Below are positions 48,720 to 59,332 of a stretch of DNA of 64,000 nt, in pieces. A program made the position numbers and the translations under genes. The DNA is from an uncultured Desulfosarcina sp. (lineage in GTDB: Bacteria > Desulfobacterota > Desulfobacteria > Desulfobacterales > Desulfosarcinaceae). The notes under the pieces were generated by a model. The model was not told the origin of the DNA. It made no database searches and saw only the letters and a list, made by a program, of their open reading frames with translations. The stretch lies in NCBI GenBank assembly GCA_963674945.2, contig CAXXWQ010000003.1, forward strand, positions 1,696,001 to 1,760,000, in the 5' to 3' direction. Each line of letters starts with the position of its first letter. The first letter of the stretch is position 1.

Positions 48720-49601
48720 TCACCGTTTCGCCCCCCAGACCCAGGCCAGAATCGGCAAGAATGCGGTGACGATGCCGCATAACAATTGTATACCGCCTTT
48801 AAAAGGGCTGCTTTTCCAAAAACCATACACGCCCCCCAAACCAATCCCCACGAGGAAGCCGAACAGATGGGCCCCCATGTCACTGCGCGCACTTGTGCCC
48901 AAAAACGCCAGAAGCGCGATGCCGCCACCCAAAGCCAAAACAACATCTTTCCACCCATGACCGGTTCTTGCCGCATTCACTGCACGAATCGCACATAACA
49001 TTCCCACGGCGCCGAATACGCTCGTCGAGGCACCAATGGAAAGGTGTCCGGTCTCATGGAACGCCGCATTGATCAGGTTGCCGAGGGTACCGCAGACAAG
49101 GATCATCATCCACGTAACGCCGACGCCGGCAATCTGGCAAAGGACGTCGCCGAATAGTACCAATGCCACCATGTTTCCCGCCAGATGGGCCCCATCGGCG
49201 TGGAGAAGCAAGGCGGTAACACACCGGTAGGCTTCACCGCCCATGATCCTGCGCGCATTTGCGCCGAATTGCGTGATGTAGTCACCCGGAGCGCTGCTGG
49301 TGACAACGGCGGCGTGGACCGTGAAAAGAAGGAGAGAGACAAAAAGTCCCGAGAGGCTTATTGCATGGAAGCCTCTCTTTGCAGACGGCAGTGGGGGCGC
49401 TGTGGTTGGATTTTCGACCCGATATCGCCAGACGGCCTCTATGGCCGCGGTAAAATCGCTTTCATCCACCGTCACGGTAAACGCGTTGTTTTTTCGGTGA
49501 ACATTGTTTGGGATGCCCATGGAATACAAGACCAGGCTGTACGTATCGGCCTGTTTCTCGTCGAGATGGTCGAAAACGGGAACCATCCGATCGGTTTTCA
49601 T
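48720..49601 (-). CDS. Rhomboid family intramembrane serine protease
   Basis: LLHADGAHLAGN, SIGAS, AHLFG; soluble N-terminal domain. Confidence 0.88.
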   Translation of the reverse strand: MKTDRMVPVFDHLDEKQADTYSLVLYSMGIPNNVHRKNNAFTVTVDESDFTAAIEAVWRYRVENPTTAPPLPSAKRGFHAISLSGLFVSLLLFTVHAAVVTSSAPGDYITQFGANARRIMGGEAYRCVTALLLHADGAHLAGNMVALVLFGDVLCQIAGVGVTWMMILVCGTLGNLINAAFHETGHLSIGASTSVFGAVGMLCAIRAVNAARTGHGWKDVVLALGGGIALLAFLGTSARSDMGAHLFGFLVGIGLGGVYGFWKSSPFKGGIQLLCGIVTAFLPILAWVWGAKR

Positions 49602-49927
49602 CCCATCTCGTCGTCGTCGGCATCGTCATCGAAATCGTCGTCATCGTCGTCGGATTCATCCTCCATCGCTGCCAGGTGTGCCTCTGCTGCGCGGATCAAA
49701 GCCTCTTCCCGTGCTTTTTTCCTTCTCTCCGCCACCTCCAGTTGGAGTGTCAGTTTGGCCGACTCCACCGCTTGGCGCGCAAGCTTCTCCCCTCCGAGTT
49801 GTAGGTAGTCCACGACGGTTTTGATAAGATTTTCATCTTTTTTCAGTTCCACGGGAATCCGCCGCATGATGCGCTTGAAAGACCCCACGAGTTCGTTGGG
49901 AATATCGATATCAGAATACATGAACAT
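49598..49927 (-). CDS. Hypothetical protein with very acidic tail
   Basis: AAGGAG RBS; helical body, EDESDDDDDDFDDDADDDE tail; ATGA overlap with rhomboid. Confidence 0.7.
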   Translation of the reverse strand: MFMYSDIDIPNELVGSFKRIMRRIPVELKKDENLIKTVVDYLQLGGEKLARQAVESAKLTLQLEVAERRKKAREEALIRAAEAHLAAMEDESDDDDDDFDDDADDDEMG

Positions 49928-49975
49928 CTCCTTGCCTTGCGATTTTGTTCGATGACGATTAGGGTATTATAGTTC

Positions 49976-51046
49976 CTATGGAGAGAAAGGCAAGCGGTAG
50001 ACCATGGCGTTGATGTTCATCCCTGCCCCGACGGAAACGAAAACAATAATGTCGCCGGGGGCAAGGCGATGGTCCCCCAGCTTATTTCTCATCAGCAGAT
50101 CCAGGACGGTCGGAATGGTGGCGACCGAACTATTGCCGCACCAATGAATAATCATGGGCAAAATATCTTCCGGAATGGTTTCTTCACCATACCGCTTGAA
50201 CAAGCGGTTTAAGATGGCATCGTCCATCTTGGCATTGGCCTGATGCATCACGATTTTTTTTACCTGACCGAGTCCGACGCCTGCCTTGTTCATGGCCTTT
50301 TCCACCACGATCGGTACCGTTTTCAAGGCGTATTTGTAGATACCGTGGCCATCCATCTTGATGAAAAGCGTATCGTCGGTATAATCCGGATTGTAGGATT
50401 TCCCCATCTTGAGCAGCATCGCATTTTCCAGGGCATCCGTACGGGAGACATGGGATAGAATGCCACCTTCGGCTTCCGATGCGGCCACAACGGTAGCCCC
50501 CGCACCGTCGGCGAAGATCATGCAATCCACGTCATGGGGATCGCTGACCCGGGACAGAATTTCGGCGCCGATCACCAATACCCGGCTGGCATCCCCCGAC
50601 CGGATGTAATAGTCGGCCATGATCATTCCCTGAAGCCAACCCGGGCAACCGAAAGGTATGTCATAGGCAACGCAATAGGGATTTTTGATTCTGAGCCGTT
50701 GTTTTACGCGTGAGGCGATTGAGGGCACAATGTCCGTTCGCGGATTTTCGGCACGAACATCGCCGAAATTCTGGGCGACAACAATGTAGTCCAGTTCCTC
50801 CCTGTCGATGCCGTCCAATGCTTTTTCCGCAGCGGCGGAGGCGATGTCGGTAATTGTGAGATCGTCCGTGACATACCGGCGTTCTTCAACACCGGTTATG
50901 TTTTGCAGCGTTTCTATGATCTTCGGGTTGGGTTTTTCCAGCACGACGCCATTTTCATCATAGAAAGAATGGGAAAGAAAGTGAGCGTTGGGTATCTTCC
51001 TGGAAGGAATGTAGCATCCGGTAGACACGATGATCGAATTCGGCAT
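49976..51046 (-). CDS. fabH: 3-oxoacyl-ACP synthase III family
   Basis: FGCPGW catalytic Cys, FADGAGA, HQAN, GNSSVA, VGAG. Confidence 0.88.
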   Translation of the reverse strand: MPNSIIVSTGCYIPSRKIPNAHFLSHSFYDENGVVLEKPNPKIIETLQNITGVEERRYVTDDLTITDIASAAAEKALDGIDREELDYIVVAQNFGDVRAENPRTDIVPSIASRVKQRLRIKNPYCVAYDIPFGCPGWLQGMIMADYYIRSGDASRVLVIGAEILSRVSDPHDVDCMIFADGAGATVVAASEAEGGILSHVSRTDALENAMLLKMGKSYNPDYTDDTLFIKMDGHGIYKYALKTVPIVVEKAMNKAGVGLGQVKKIVMHQANAKMDDAILNRLFKRYGEETIPEDILPMIIHWCGNSSVATIPTVLDLLMRNKLGDHRLAPGDIIVFVSVGAGMNINAMVYRLPFSP

Positions 51047-51194
51047 TTTTCCCCCGTATTATAGTTTCTTAGGAACGGGGTATTAAAGTAAAAACGATCA
51101 ATGTTCAAGTACTCCCTGTGTAAAGGAATTGTAAAATTAAGACATCGAGGATGATAACACCCCGATTTCTTGATTTAAATTATGGATTCGGCAT

Positions 51195-52559
51195 TTATTT
51201 GGGGCAATCTGCGGAATCGGCAAGAAGAATCGGTTCCCTTCCCACGCTGATGTATGAAAACCCCATATCCTCCATGAGAGATGGCGAGAAGAGATTTCTG
51301 CCGTCGAAAATAACGGGTCGGGCCAGCATCTTCTTGATCCGGTGAAAATCCGGATTTCGGAACTGATTCCAGTCGGTGATCACGGCAAGGGCATCGGCGC
51401 CATCGATGGGTTCGTACTGATGATCGATCACCGTCACCGCCGGGTTGTCCCTTAAAAGCGCCCTGGCATTTTGGGTGGCGACCGGATCATAGGCCTTGAT
51501 CTTCATGCCGGCATCGGTAAGCAGTCGAATGGTATCCAATGCCGCCGATTCACGCATGTCGTCGGTATTGGCCTTGAACGATAGCCCCCATATGGCAAGG
51601 GTTTTGCCCGCCACGGTGCCCTTATCTTCGAAGTACCGGATGATTTTTCTGGCCAACATCTCCTTTTGCCGGTTGTTCACCGAATCCACCGATGCGACGA
51701 GATCGGGCTCACAGCCGTACTCTTTGGCCGTATGGATCAGTGCCCGCACGTCCTTTGGAAAACATGACCCACCATATCCCACGCCGGGATAGATGAAGTG
51801 ATATCCGATTCGTCGGTCCGATCCGATTCCCGTCCTGACCTCCCGGACATCGGCACCCACGCTCTCGCAGATATTGGCCACCTCGTTCATGAACGAAATT
51901 TTCGTGGCCAGCATACAATTGGCGGCGTACTTGGTCATCTCCGCACTGCGAATTCCCATGACGATCATCTTGTCGCGGCTGCGGGCAAATGGGGCGTAAA
52001 GGGCTTCCAAAAGCTTGGCAGTTCGCACGTTGTCGGTCCCGACGATCACCCTGTCGGGCTTCAGAAAATCGTTTACCGCACCGCCCTCCTTGAGAAATTC
52101 CGGGTTGGAAACGACGTCGAATTCCACGAATGTGCCTCTTTTTTCCAGCTGTTTTTCGATGATCCCCCTTACCCGGTCGGCCGTTCCCACCGGAACCGTC
52201 GATTTGTTGACGACCACCTTGTATTCGGTGATCACCTCTCCGATCTGGCGGGCGACCTTGTCGATATAGCTAAGATCGCATGAACCGTCCGGATTGGACG
52301 GGGTTCCCACACAGCTGAAGACGAACAAGGCATCCTCTATGCCCTTTGCCAGATCCGTGCTGAAAGTGAGCCGCCCCTCGGCGGCGTTTCTTTGGACCAG
52401 CGGCTCCAGTCCGGGCTCGAAAATATGGACTTTCCCTTCGTTGAGTCGGTCGATGATCTCGGCATTCACGTCGATGCAGACCACATCGTTTCCCATTTCC
52501 GCAAGGCAAGCGGCGGCGACGAGCCCAACGTACCCGGTTCCGATGATACAAACGTTCAT
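51195..52559 (-). CDS. ugd: UDP-glucose 6-dehydrogenase
   Basis: GTGYVG, KSTVPVGT, SNPEFLKEG, GYGGSCFPKD, FKANTDDMRES. Confidence 0.93.
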   Translation of the reverse strand: MNVCIIGTGYVGLVAAACLAEMGNDVVCIDVNAEIIDRLNEGKVHIFEPGLEPLVQRNAAEGRLTFSTDLAKGIEDALFVFSCVGTPSNPDGSCDLSYIDKVARQIGEVITEYKVVVNKSTVPVGTADRVRGIIEKQLEKRGTFVEFDVVSNPEFLKEGGAVNDFLKPDRVIVGTDNVRTAKLLEALYAPFARSRDKMIVMGIRSAEMTKYAANCMLATKISFMNEVANICESVGADVREVRTGIGSDRRIGYHFIYPGVGYGGSCFPKDVRALIHTAKEYGCEPDLVASVDSVNNRQKEMLARKIIRYFEDKGTVAGKTLAIWGLSFKANTDDMRESAALDTIRLLTDAGMKIKAYDPVATQNARALLRDNPAVTVIDHQYEPIDGADALAVITDWNQFRNPDFHRIKKMLARPVIFDGRNLFSPSLMEDMGFSYISVGREPILLADSADCPK

Positions 52560-52707
52560 GGTATCCCTATTCCCTTGTCTCGGTTATTCTTTTTATTCTG
52601 GCTTTTTGCCTGCTTTGTTAGGCATCCCATCTCACTTTTGAACGCAATGTACCAATATCACGGAAAAAACTCAAGAAAATCTAATGGATGGATTGACTCC
52701 TTCCATA

Positions 52708-53766
52708 TCAGCACAACGTATATCCCGCCCGAACGGCGATCATTTCGCCGACGATACTCACGGCGATTTCCTCCGGGGTTTCGGCGCCGATGGCAATACC
52801 GATGGGCGAATGCACCCGATCGATATCCGCCTGGGTGAAACCTTCATCCAGCAGCATGCCATAGATGGCTTTGCGTTTCTTCCGGCTGCCGATCATGCCG
52901 ATGTAGCCGGCACCGGTCGCAAGGGCCTGGGCCAGGACGATCTTGTCGGAAAGATGTCCCCGTGTGAGAATGACTGCGAAGTCGTCCGATCCCAGATTCT
53001 TCTCGGGCATACAGTGTTCGAAATTGTCCAGGACCCGAATTTCGTCTGCCTCGGGGAACTGCTGTGCGTTGGCGTGAGACTCCCTGTCATCGGACACGCT
53101 CACCCGGAAACCGACCAGAGCCGCCATGTGGGCGGTCCATCGGGAGACGTGCCCCGCACCGAAAAAATAGGCCGTACAGATTCGTTTGGCCGGCTCCACC
53201 AGGACGAGGTCGCCATCGATGAAGAAGGTGTGGATATCCGTTGATGCGGCGGCCGCGGTCACTTGGGCCATCTGATCGGCCGTGAGCGTGATCGAACCGG
53301 CCTCGATCTCCCCATGGACGTTGACCAGGGCATGGTCGACATGGACGATGTCACTGTCACCGGCCGTGGTCGTGACACGGGTGAGAAAGCACCCTTTCTC
53401 TCCGGCAGCCACCATCTTCGTCCATGCACGAAACACCGTCCGGTTCTCCGGCGTGACCGCTATATGGTCGAGCAGCACATCGGCCGTACCGCCGCATATC
53501 ATCTCCTTGTTCGAAACCGCGGGCACGTCGATATTGTAAGAGATAAGGGACGAATCGCGGCGACGGATCACCTCGACGGCCCGCGACATGACCCCGGCCT
53601 CCAGTTGTCCGCCACCGATGGTGCCGATGCCCCTGCCGTCCGGGGTAACGATCATCTTGCTGCCCGATGAGCGTGGCGTGGACCCTTCACTTCTGACGAT
53701 GGTCGCCAGAACAAAGGGCGTTTTTTCTTCCAGCAAGGAACAGGCCTCTTTAAAAATGGTACCCAT
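52708..53766 (-). CDS. XdhC/CoxI family molybdoenzyme maturation factor
   Basis: GSTPR..G.KM, GTIGGG, MICGG, FGAGHV, YIGMIGS, PIG..IGAETPEEIA. Confidence 0.9.
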   Translation of the reverse strand: MGTIFKEACSLLEEKTPFVLATIVRSEGSTPRSSGSKMIVTPDGRGIGTIGGGQLEAGVMSRAVEVIRRRDSSLISYNIDVPAVSNKEMICGGTADVLLDHIAVTPENRTVFRAWTKMVAAGEKGCFLTRVTTTAGDSDIVHVDHALVNVHGEIEAGSITLTADQMAQVTAAAASTDIHTFFIDGDLVLVEPAKRICTAYFFGAGHVSRWTAHMAALVGFRVSVSDDRESHANAQQFPEADEIRVLDNFEHCMPEKNLGSDDFAVILTRGHLSDKIVLAQALATGAGYIGMIGSRKKRKAIYGMLLDEGFTQADIDRVHSPIGIAIGAETPEEIAVSIVGEMIAVRAGYTLC

Positions 53767-54242
53767 GTGCTCAAATCCTTTCCCGTTGGTCATTCATCTA
53801 CCGTTCGATCCTGCCGGTGAAAACGCCGGTCAGTGGGATGTCAGTTATCGATCTTTACCGAAAAATCCAGGATGATTTCAAGAGATGAGATGCTCAAGTT
53901 AGATATTTCAAGACCCTCTCGAAACAATATGGAAAAACTGTATTTTTGATCTTTGCGGCGTTTATAATTTTTACAGGAAAATGTTCAATATCGTTGTCGC
54001 AAGTAGTGAAGAACAACGTATCGGGAGGCTTTCTGAAGTTTCTGAAACTGTAAACAGATATTATCCCAATGAAAAAGTGGCAGAACCAGGGAATCTAGCG
54101 CGACGGCAAAAATCCACCACGCCTTATGCCCGCCGTAAGACAGGAGTGTATCCATGGAATACAAGGTTGCATTTATTGATGGTTGCTTTCATGGTAAAGA
54201 GATAAGGTGCCGTCATGGTTGTTCTCTGTCTAAAAGCAACCG

Positions 54243-55004
54243 TTAGGCCAGTATCTGGATCCCCCCACATATACCGATCATCTGTCCGTTCATGTAATGA
54301 GACTGTTCGCTGGCCATAAAAGCGAGTATGGGGCTGCAGTCCGCATAGGCCTCTCCGAAATATCCCACCGGGCTCATCTTTACAATCATCTCTGCCGCAG
54401 CCTTGCCCTCGGGGCTGGCATCGAAGTTGGCACCCTTGATTACCGGTAAAAAGCAATTGACGGTGATGCCGAATCGTCCCAATTCCTTGGCCGCAAAGCG
54501 GGTCAGGGACATGATCGCCCCCTTGGCCATGGCGTAACTGGCAAAACCGGGTGTTCCCGAAACCGCGGATCCGGAGGCGCAGGTGATAATACGACCATAC
54601 TGCTGCGCCTTCATGTAGGGGAAGCATTGTTGCATCAAGAGCATGGAGTAAAGCGGGCCGGTGACATAACTTTCGAGGGCCAGTTCCGGTGTGGCGTCGA
54701 GAAGAGTGGTCGGATGCGCCATCCCCCCCTGGGCAATGCAGGCCAAAATCTCAATCCTGCCGAATTCCGAGACGGCCCTTTGCACCACTTTGTTCAGGTC
54801 GTCCTCTTTGGCCACATCACAGGTCATCGTAACGATTTTGCCATCCATGCCCACCGCTTGTTCGGATAGCTTCTCCAACCCGTCCGAACGGATGTCGCAG
54901 GCCAGCACATCGGCGCCTTCCTCGGCAAAACGCAACGCACAACCATACCCGATACCGGAGTTGGCCCCGACAACGATCGCCGTTCTACTTTTCAAAATCG
55001 CCAT
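54243..55004 (-). CDS. Short-chain dehydrogenase/reductase
   Basis: VGANSGIG, YAMAKG, GITVN. Confidence 0.88.
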   Translation of the reverse strand: MAILKSRTAIVVGANSGIGYGCALRFAEEGADVLACDIRSDGLEKLSEQAVGMDGKIVTMTCDVAKEDDLNKVVQRAVSEFGRIEILACIAQGGMAHPTTLLDATPELALESYVTGPLYSMLLMQQCFPYMKAQQYGRIITCASGSAVSGTPGFASYAMAKGAIMSLTRFAAKELGRFGITVNCFLPVIKGANFDASPEGKAAAEMIVKMSPVGYFGEAYADCSPILAFMASEQSHYMNGQMIGICGGIQILA

Positions 55005-55034
55005 CGGTTTTCCTCCGTTTCTGATTCACAGCGA

Positions 55035-55952
55035 TCATCCCAGAGGCTGCTTTCTATAATATTGAAACGATTCTTCGATCATTGGCAGCAGGACACCCCT
55101 TTGATATCCAAGCAACCGCGTCTCTTCCTCCGGCGGCTCGTAGTTCGGCACGATACCGTCGAGGTAGTTCAGCACTTCCATGGGAAGAAGAGGATGCTCA
55201 TCCGTTCGCACTTCGAGTTCGCGGGGACGTCCTGCCGCTTTGAACCATGCCTCGAAAAATTCTTTCCAGCTCAGATTTACATCGCCCAACAAATAATCCT
55301 TACCGGGTTCGCCGCGAAGGAGGCCGCCTTCCATGGCTTCCGCCACAGATTGGCAGGTCAAATAATTCGCTCCTCCCGGCGGTGCGAATTCGTCGAAGCC
55401 CGGAATTTGCCCCATGGCGTATTTGGCAAACGCCGTCCAATGAACGACATTGAATCCGGGAAAATACCCCACGATCCAGGGAAGCCCCAAACTGCATACA
55501 GCAAAAGAAGGAGAACTGAGCGCCCTTGCACCTCTATCCGCCAGCAGACGAGACCGAACATACGGGTCGGAGCTTTCTGGATTGACCATGGGATAAAAAC
55601 TGCTCATATATACCGCACGCGAAATTCCCGCACGCTTTGCCGCTTCGAAAAATTTCGGGATGCCGATGGTATTGCATTTTTCAAAAAATGCAGCTTTTCC
55701 AACCGATCCGTCATCGGGATAATACATGAGATCGATTCCCGCACAGAACATAAGTCCATCATACCCTTCAAGGCGGCCATCATCGACGTCATCTTCGACG
55801 TAATTCCCCTGAACGAAAGGCAGGTCATTCAGCTTCGAGGTGCCTTTGGGTTTTGATCGTGACATGATCGTCACATCGTAACCTTTGCCTTGTAGATAAA
55901 GGGAAGTGTACCCGCCCACATATCCTGTTCCACCGACAACGAGTATTTTCAT
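55035..55952 (-). CDS. NAD-dependent epimerase/dehydratase-like extended SDR
   Basis: MKILVVGGTGYVG; YVRSR in place of YxxxK. Confidence 0.8.
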   Translation of the reverse strand: MKILVVGGTGYVGGYTSLYLQGKGYDVTIMSRSKPKGTSKLNDLPFVQGNYVEDDVDDGRLEGYDGLMFCAGIDLMYYPDDGSVGKAAFFEKCNTIGIPKFFEAAKRAGISRAVYMSSFYPMVNPESSDPYVRSRLLADRGARALSSPSFAVCSLGLPWIVGYFPGFNVVHWTAFAKYAMGQIPGFDEFAPPGGANYLTCQSVAEAMEGGLLRGEPGKDYLLGDVNLSWKEFFEAWFKAAGRPRELEVRTDEHPLLPMEVLNYLDGIVPNYEPPEEETRLLGYQRGVLLPMIEESFQYYRKQPLG

Positions 55953-56133
55953 AACAATCCAAGGCCCCCTTCGAAGTACGTCCTGAGTGCTTGCTACGAT
56001 TGGTCTTCCTTCCGTCACTAAAATTCCGTTTTGTACCAATAAATATATTTTCTATTCCATTATGTCAATATTATGCTAAAATTAATATTTATTCTGCTGT
56101 TTTTTGGAGCTATTGCGAAACATATTGGAACAA

Positions 56134-56150
56134 TGCTATTCATATGCCAA
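56134..56150 (-). promoter_or_regulatory. Candidate sigma-54 promoter for the SDR pair
   Basis: Minus strand TTGGCATATGAATAGCA = GG-N10-GC. Confidence 0.4.
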
Positions 56151-56277
56151 TGCCGAAATCGATTCACCAATGGGAATCATCTACAAAAAGGACGATGGCG
56201 ATTTCGAAGGCAGAAAAGTTGACATTATTGCCTGAACCAGGCAATTGTCGAATCCAGCTGAAACAAAGGAAATATCG

Positions 56278-57207
56278 ATGTTGCTCGACAAGGTTGATCA
56301 GGCCATCCTCGACGAACTGGAGGCAGATGGCAGGCAAACGATTCAGGCGCTTGCGCGTAAGTTAGACATGAGCAGGACAGCCGTTCGTCACCGTTTGCAC
56401 AGACTTCGGGATACGGGAGTTCTGACGATCACCTGCGTGGTCGATTCCGACCTCCTCGGATATCAGTTTCTGGTCGTGATCGGGATCAACGTCGTTCCAG
56501 GCACGACCGATGCTGTGGCAAATCAACTGGCCTCTTTGACGGCCGTCAGGATCGTCAGTCTGAGTACCGGCCGATATACGATCGTGGCATGGGCACTTCT
56601 TAAGGACCGGTTGGCGCTTTCGGATTTCGTATCCGGGGACATGGCAGGGATAATCGGTATATCCGCCACCGAGGTAATGCACTCTTTCCAGTGGGTGAAA
56701 AACGCCTGGGGATATTTCAAACCCCAAATGAATCCATTCAGTGTTCACCAGCGAAATCAACTGAGTGACCTCGATCTGTCCGTAATCAATGCCCTGCAGC
56801 AAGCCCCCAGGCAACCTATAACGGAACTGGCGAAAACGGTTGGCTGCGGCAGGCCCATGGCAAAGGCGAGCTTGCAGAAACTTCTCAATGACGGTGTCAT
56901 CCGATTTGTCAATATTATTGATCCCAAGGCGCTTGGATACGGACTTTCCGTGGTAATCCTGATCAAGGCCAAACCGGACAGCGTGCATGCCGTAACCAAT
57001 GCGTTATCTGCACAGGATCGGGTAATGAACGTAAGTTTGATTACCGGTCAATGGCAGGTATTGGTCGGCGCATTGTTGGAGGACCGAGAAAAAATGAACG
57101 AATTTTTATTGGAGACATTGCCCCTTATTCCCGGCATTGACGAGTTTGAGGTCATTCAGCTGGTAAAGAATGTGAAGTATTCCACGAGTCTTGTTGGCCT
57201 GGCATGA
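56278..57207 (+). CDS. Tandem (double) Lrp/AsnC transcriptional regulator
   Basis: LDKVDQAILDEL..DGR and LSDLDLSVINAL..PR HTH units, each followed by a RAM-like domain. Confidence 0.88.
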   Translation: MLLDKVDQAILDELEADGRQTIQALARKLDMSRTAVRHRLHRLRDTGVLTITCVVDSDLLGYQFLVVIGINVVPGTTDAVANQLASLTAVRIVSLSTGRYTIVAWALLKDRLALSDFVSGDMAGIIGISATEVMHSFQWVKNAWGYFKPQMNPFSVHQRNQLSDLDLSVINALQQAPRQPITELAKTVGCGRPMAKASLQKLLNDGVIRFVNIIDPKALGYGLSVVILIKAKPDSVHAVTNALSAQDRVMNVSLITGQWQVLVGALLEDREKMNEFLLETLPLIPGIDEFEVIQLVKNVKYSTSLVGLA

Positions 57208-57248
57208 CCGTCACCCAATAATCTTGTTCAGGAGAGAAAAGCGCCCAA

Positions 57249-58493
57249 ATGATACCGAGTCAGAAGAATAATCGAGAATCACAAGCCTCCTCAAAAACCA
57301 TGCTCCGCAGGTTGCCGGTCGGTATCTGGGGGCTGGGATTCGTCTCCATGTTCATGGACATTTCGTCGGAACTCGTCCACGGCCTGTTGCCCATATTCAT
57401 GTCTACGGTGTTGGGTACATCCATGGTGACCATCGGCATTATCGAAGGATTGGCTGAGGGTGCCGCCGCAATTACGAAGGTATTTTCAGGCGCCATCAGC
57501 GACTATTTTGGCAAGCGCAAGTTTCTTGCCGTAGCCGGCTACGGACTCAGTGCCATTATCAAACCCATATTTCCGCTGGCAACAACCATCGGATGGGTGT
57601 TCGGAGCACGATTTGCGGATCGAATCGGCAAAGGCATTCGAGGTGCGCCACGTGACGCGCTGGTGGCCGATATTACACCAGATCATCTTCGGGGTGCAGC
57701 CTACGGTTTACGTCAATCACTCGATTCGGTCGGGGCATTTATCGGGCCGCTTTTGGCCGTGCTCTTCATGATTCTTTTTGCGAATGACATTCGATCCGTT
57801 TTGTGGATGGCTGTCGTACCGGCATTCATAGCGGTGTTTGTGCTGATCATTGCGGTGCGGGAACCCGCGTCTGTGAAACGTACTGAGCAAACTCGAAATC
57901 GTCTGGCCTTGGCGGATACAAAACGCCTTCCCATTCGATACTGGCTTGTCGTTGCGCTGGGCGCCGTCTTTACTCTTGCCCGCTTCAGTGAGGCGTTTCT
58001 GATTCTCCGCGCCGAAGATGTCGGCCTATCCATCGGCTATGTACCGATGATCATGATCGTGATGAACATTTTTTACTCCTTCTTTGCCTATCCGGCCGGT
58101 GCAATGGCGGACCGGCTTTCAGCGAGAACGCTTCTCATGTCCGGCCTTGTGCTTCTGGCCGTCGCGGATATCGTATTGGCCGTGGCAACATCGCCATGGA
58201 TCACCTTCGTCGGGGCGGCCTTCTGGGGATTGCACATGGCCTTCACCCAGGGGCTGCTATCGAAACTCGTGGCAGACACCGCCCCGGTTGATCTTCGCGG
58301 CACCGCCTTCGGGGTTTTTAATCTTATCAGCGGGACGACGCTTTTTCTGGCAAGCGTCATTGCAGGGGCATTATGGAGTGCGTTCGGTGCTCCGGCCACA
58401 TTTCTTGCCGGAGCAGGGTTCGCCATCCTTGCGGCAACAGGACTTCTCCTCTACCGTCCCAAAAAGGAAGCATCGTCGGCCGGCGGGAGATAA
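57249..58493 (+). CDS. MFS transporter
   Basis: FMDISSEL, DRIGKGIRGAPRDAL, RGTAFG; ~12 TM. Confidence 0.9.
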   Translation: MIPSQKNNRESQASSKTMLRRLPVGIWGLGFVSMFMDISSELVHGLLPIFMSTVLGTSMVTIGIIEGLAEGAAAITKVFSGAISDYFGKRKFLAVAGYGLSAIIKPIFPLATTIGWVFGARFADRIGKGIRGAPRDALVADITPDHLRGAAYGLRQSLDSVGAFIGPLLAVLFMILFANDIRSVLWMAVVPAFIAVFVLIIAVREPASVKRTEQTRNRLALADTKRLPIRYWLVVALGAVFTLARFSEAFLILRAEDVGLSIGYVPMIMIVMNIFYSFFAYPAGAMADRLSARTLLMSGLVLLAVADIVLAVATSPWITFVGAAFWGLHMAFTQGLLSKLVADTAPVDLRGTAFGVFNLISGTTLFLASVIAGALWSAFGAPATFLAGAGFAILAATGLLLYRPKKEASSAGGR

Positions 58494-58527
58494 TCGCCAA
58501 TCTTATTTCTTCGTAATGATGAATTGG

Positions 58528-58547
58528 CCATTTCCGGATGGGCACTA
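58528..58547. repeat. Terminal fragment of the 42.9-kb repeat family
   Basis: CCATTTCCGGATGGGCACT vs CCGTTTCTGGATGGGCACT (reverse complement of the 42.87-kb end), 17/19. Confidence 0.55.
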
Positions 58548-59321
58548 TCGATCCGATTCAAACAGCTGCCGTAGCTGTTCGGGCATCCCGTTGGATTGGA
58601 AGGTGGTACTGTTCTCTTCACACGGAAGACGAATGGACAGAATGTGGGCATGCAGCGCCAGCCTTTCGAATTCATGGTGCCTGTACAGGTAGGCCAAGGA
58701 TCGGCGTGAACCGTAACGGCGGTCTCCCACGACCGGGTGGCCGGCCAGCTTGGCATGCCGCCGGATCTGGTGTTTGCGGCCGGTAAGCGGCTCGCATTCG
58801 ATAAGGGAATAGTGTGAACTGTGGGAAACGAGCCGGGCTCGCGTGGTACAGGGTATCCGATTGCCTCTGCCCATGGGATCGTTTCGGCCTGCGGCCGATG
58901 CGGTCAGGGGCCATGTCCAGTCGATCCAGGCCCCCTTTCCGTCCACCCCCATAAAATGGCCGTGAACCAGGGCCAGATATCGCTTGCCGACGGCCTTTTC
59001 GGCAAACTGCCGGCCAAAGAATGCCAGGGTTTCGGGATCGCAGGCCAAAAGCACGATGCCGCTGGTCTCTTTGTCGATGCGATGGACGGCATGGAGGGTG
59101 TGAATACCACGGTCAACATTCGACAGGCACCCGGCACGCGCCATGGCCAGAACCGCAGCGCACAGATCGCCGCCCGGATCGTTGTGAATGCTCATCCCAC
59201 AGGGTTTTTCCACCACCACCCATCGGGCATCGCTTGCAATAACGGTGATCGGGTCCGCCGGGCCGTAATCTTCAATCTTCGGACCGGTCTCAGACACCTT
59301 TCCCCTCCCTTTCCGCTGCAT
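58545..59321 (-). CDS. RluA family pseudouridine synthase
   Basis: VEKPCG, HRIDKETSG, TGRKHQIRRH, GHPVVGDRRYG, LALHA. Confidence 0.9.
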   Translation of the reverse strand: MQRKGRGKVSETGPKIEDYGPADPITVIASDARWVVVEKPCGMSIHNDPGGDLCAAVLAMARAGCLSNVDRGIHTLHAVHRIDKETSGIVLLACDPETLAFFGRQFAEKAVGKRYLALVHGHFMGVDGKGAWIDWTWPLTASAAGRNDPMGRGNRIPCTTRARLVSHSSHYSLIECEPLTGRKHQIRRHAKLAGHPVVGDRRYGSRRSLAYLYRHHEFERLALHAHILSIRLPCEENSTTFQSNGMPEQLRQLFESDR

Positions 59322-59332
59322 TTAAAAAACCA

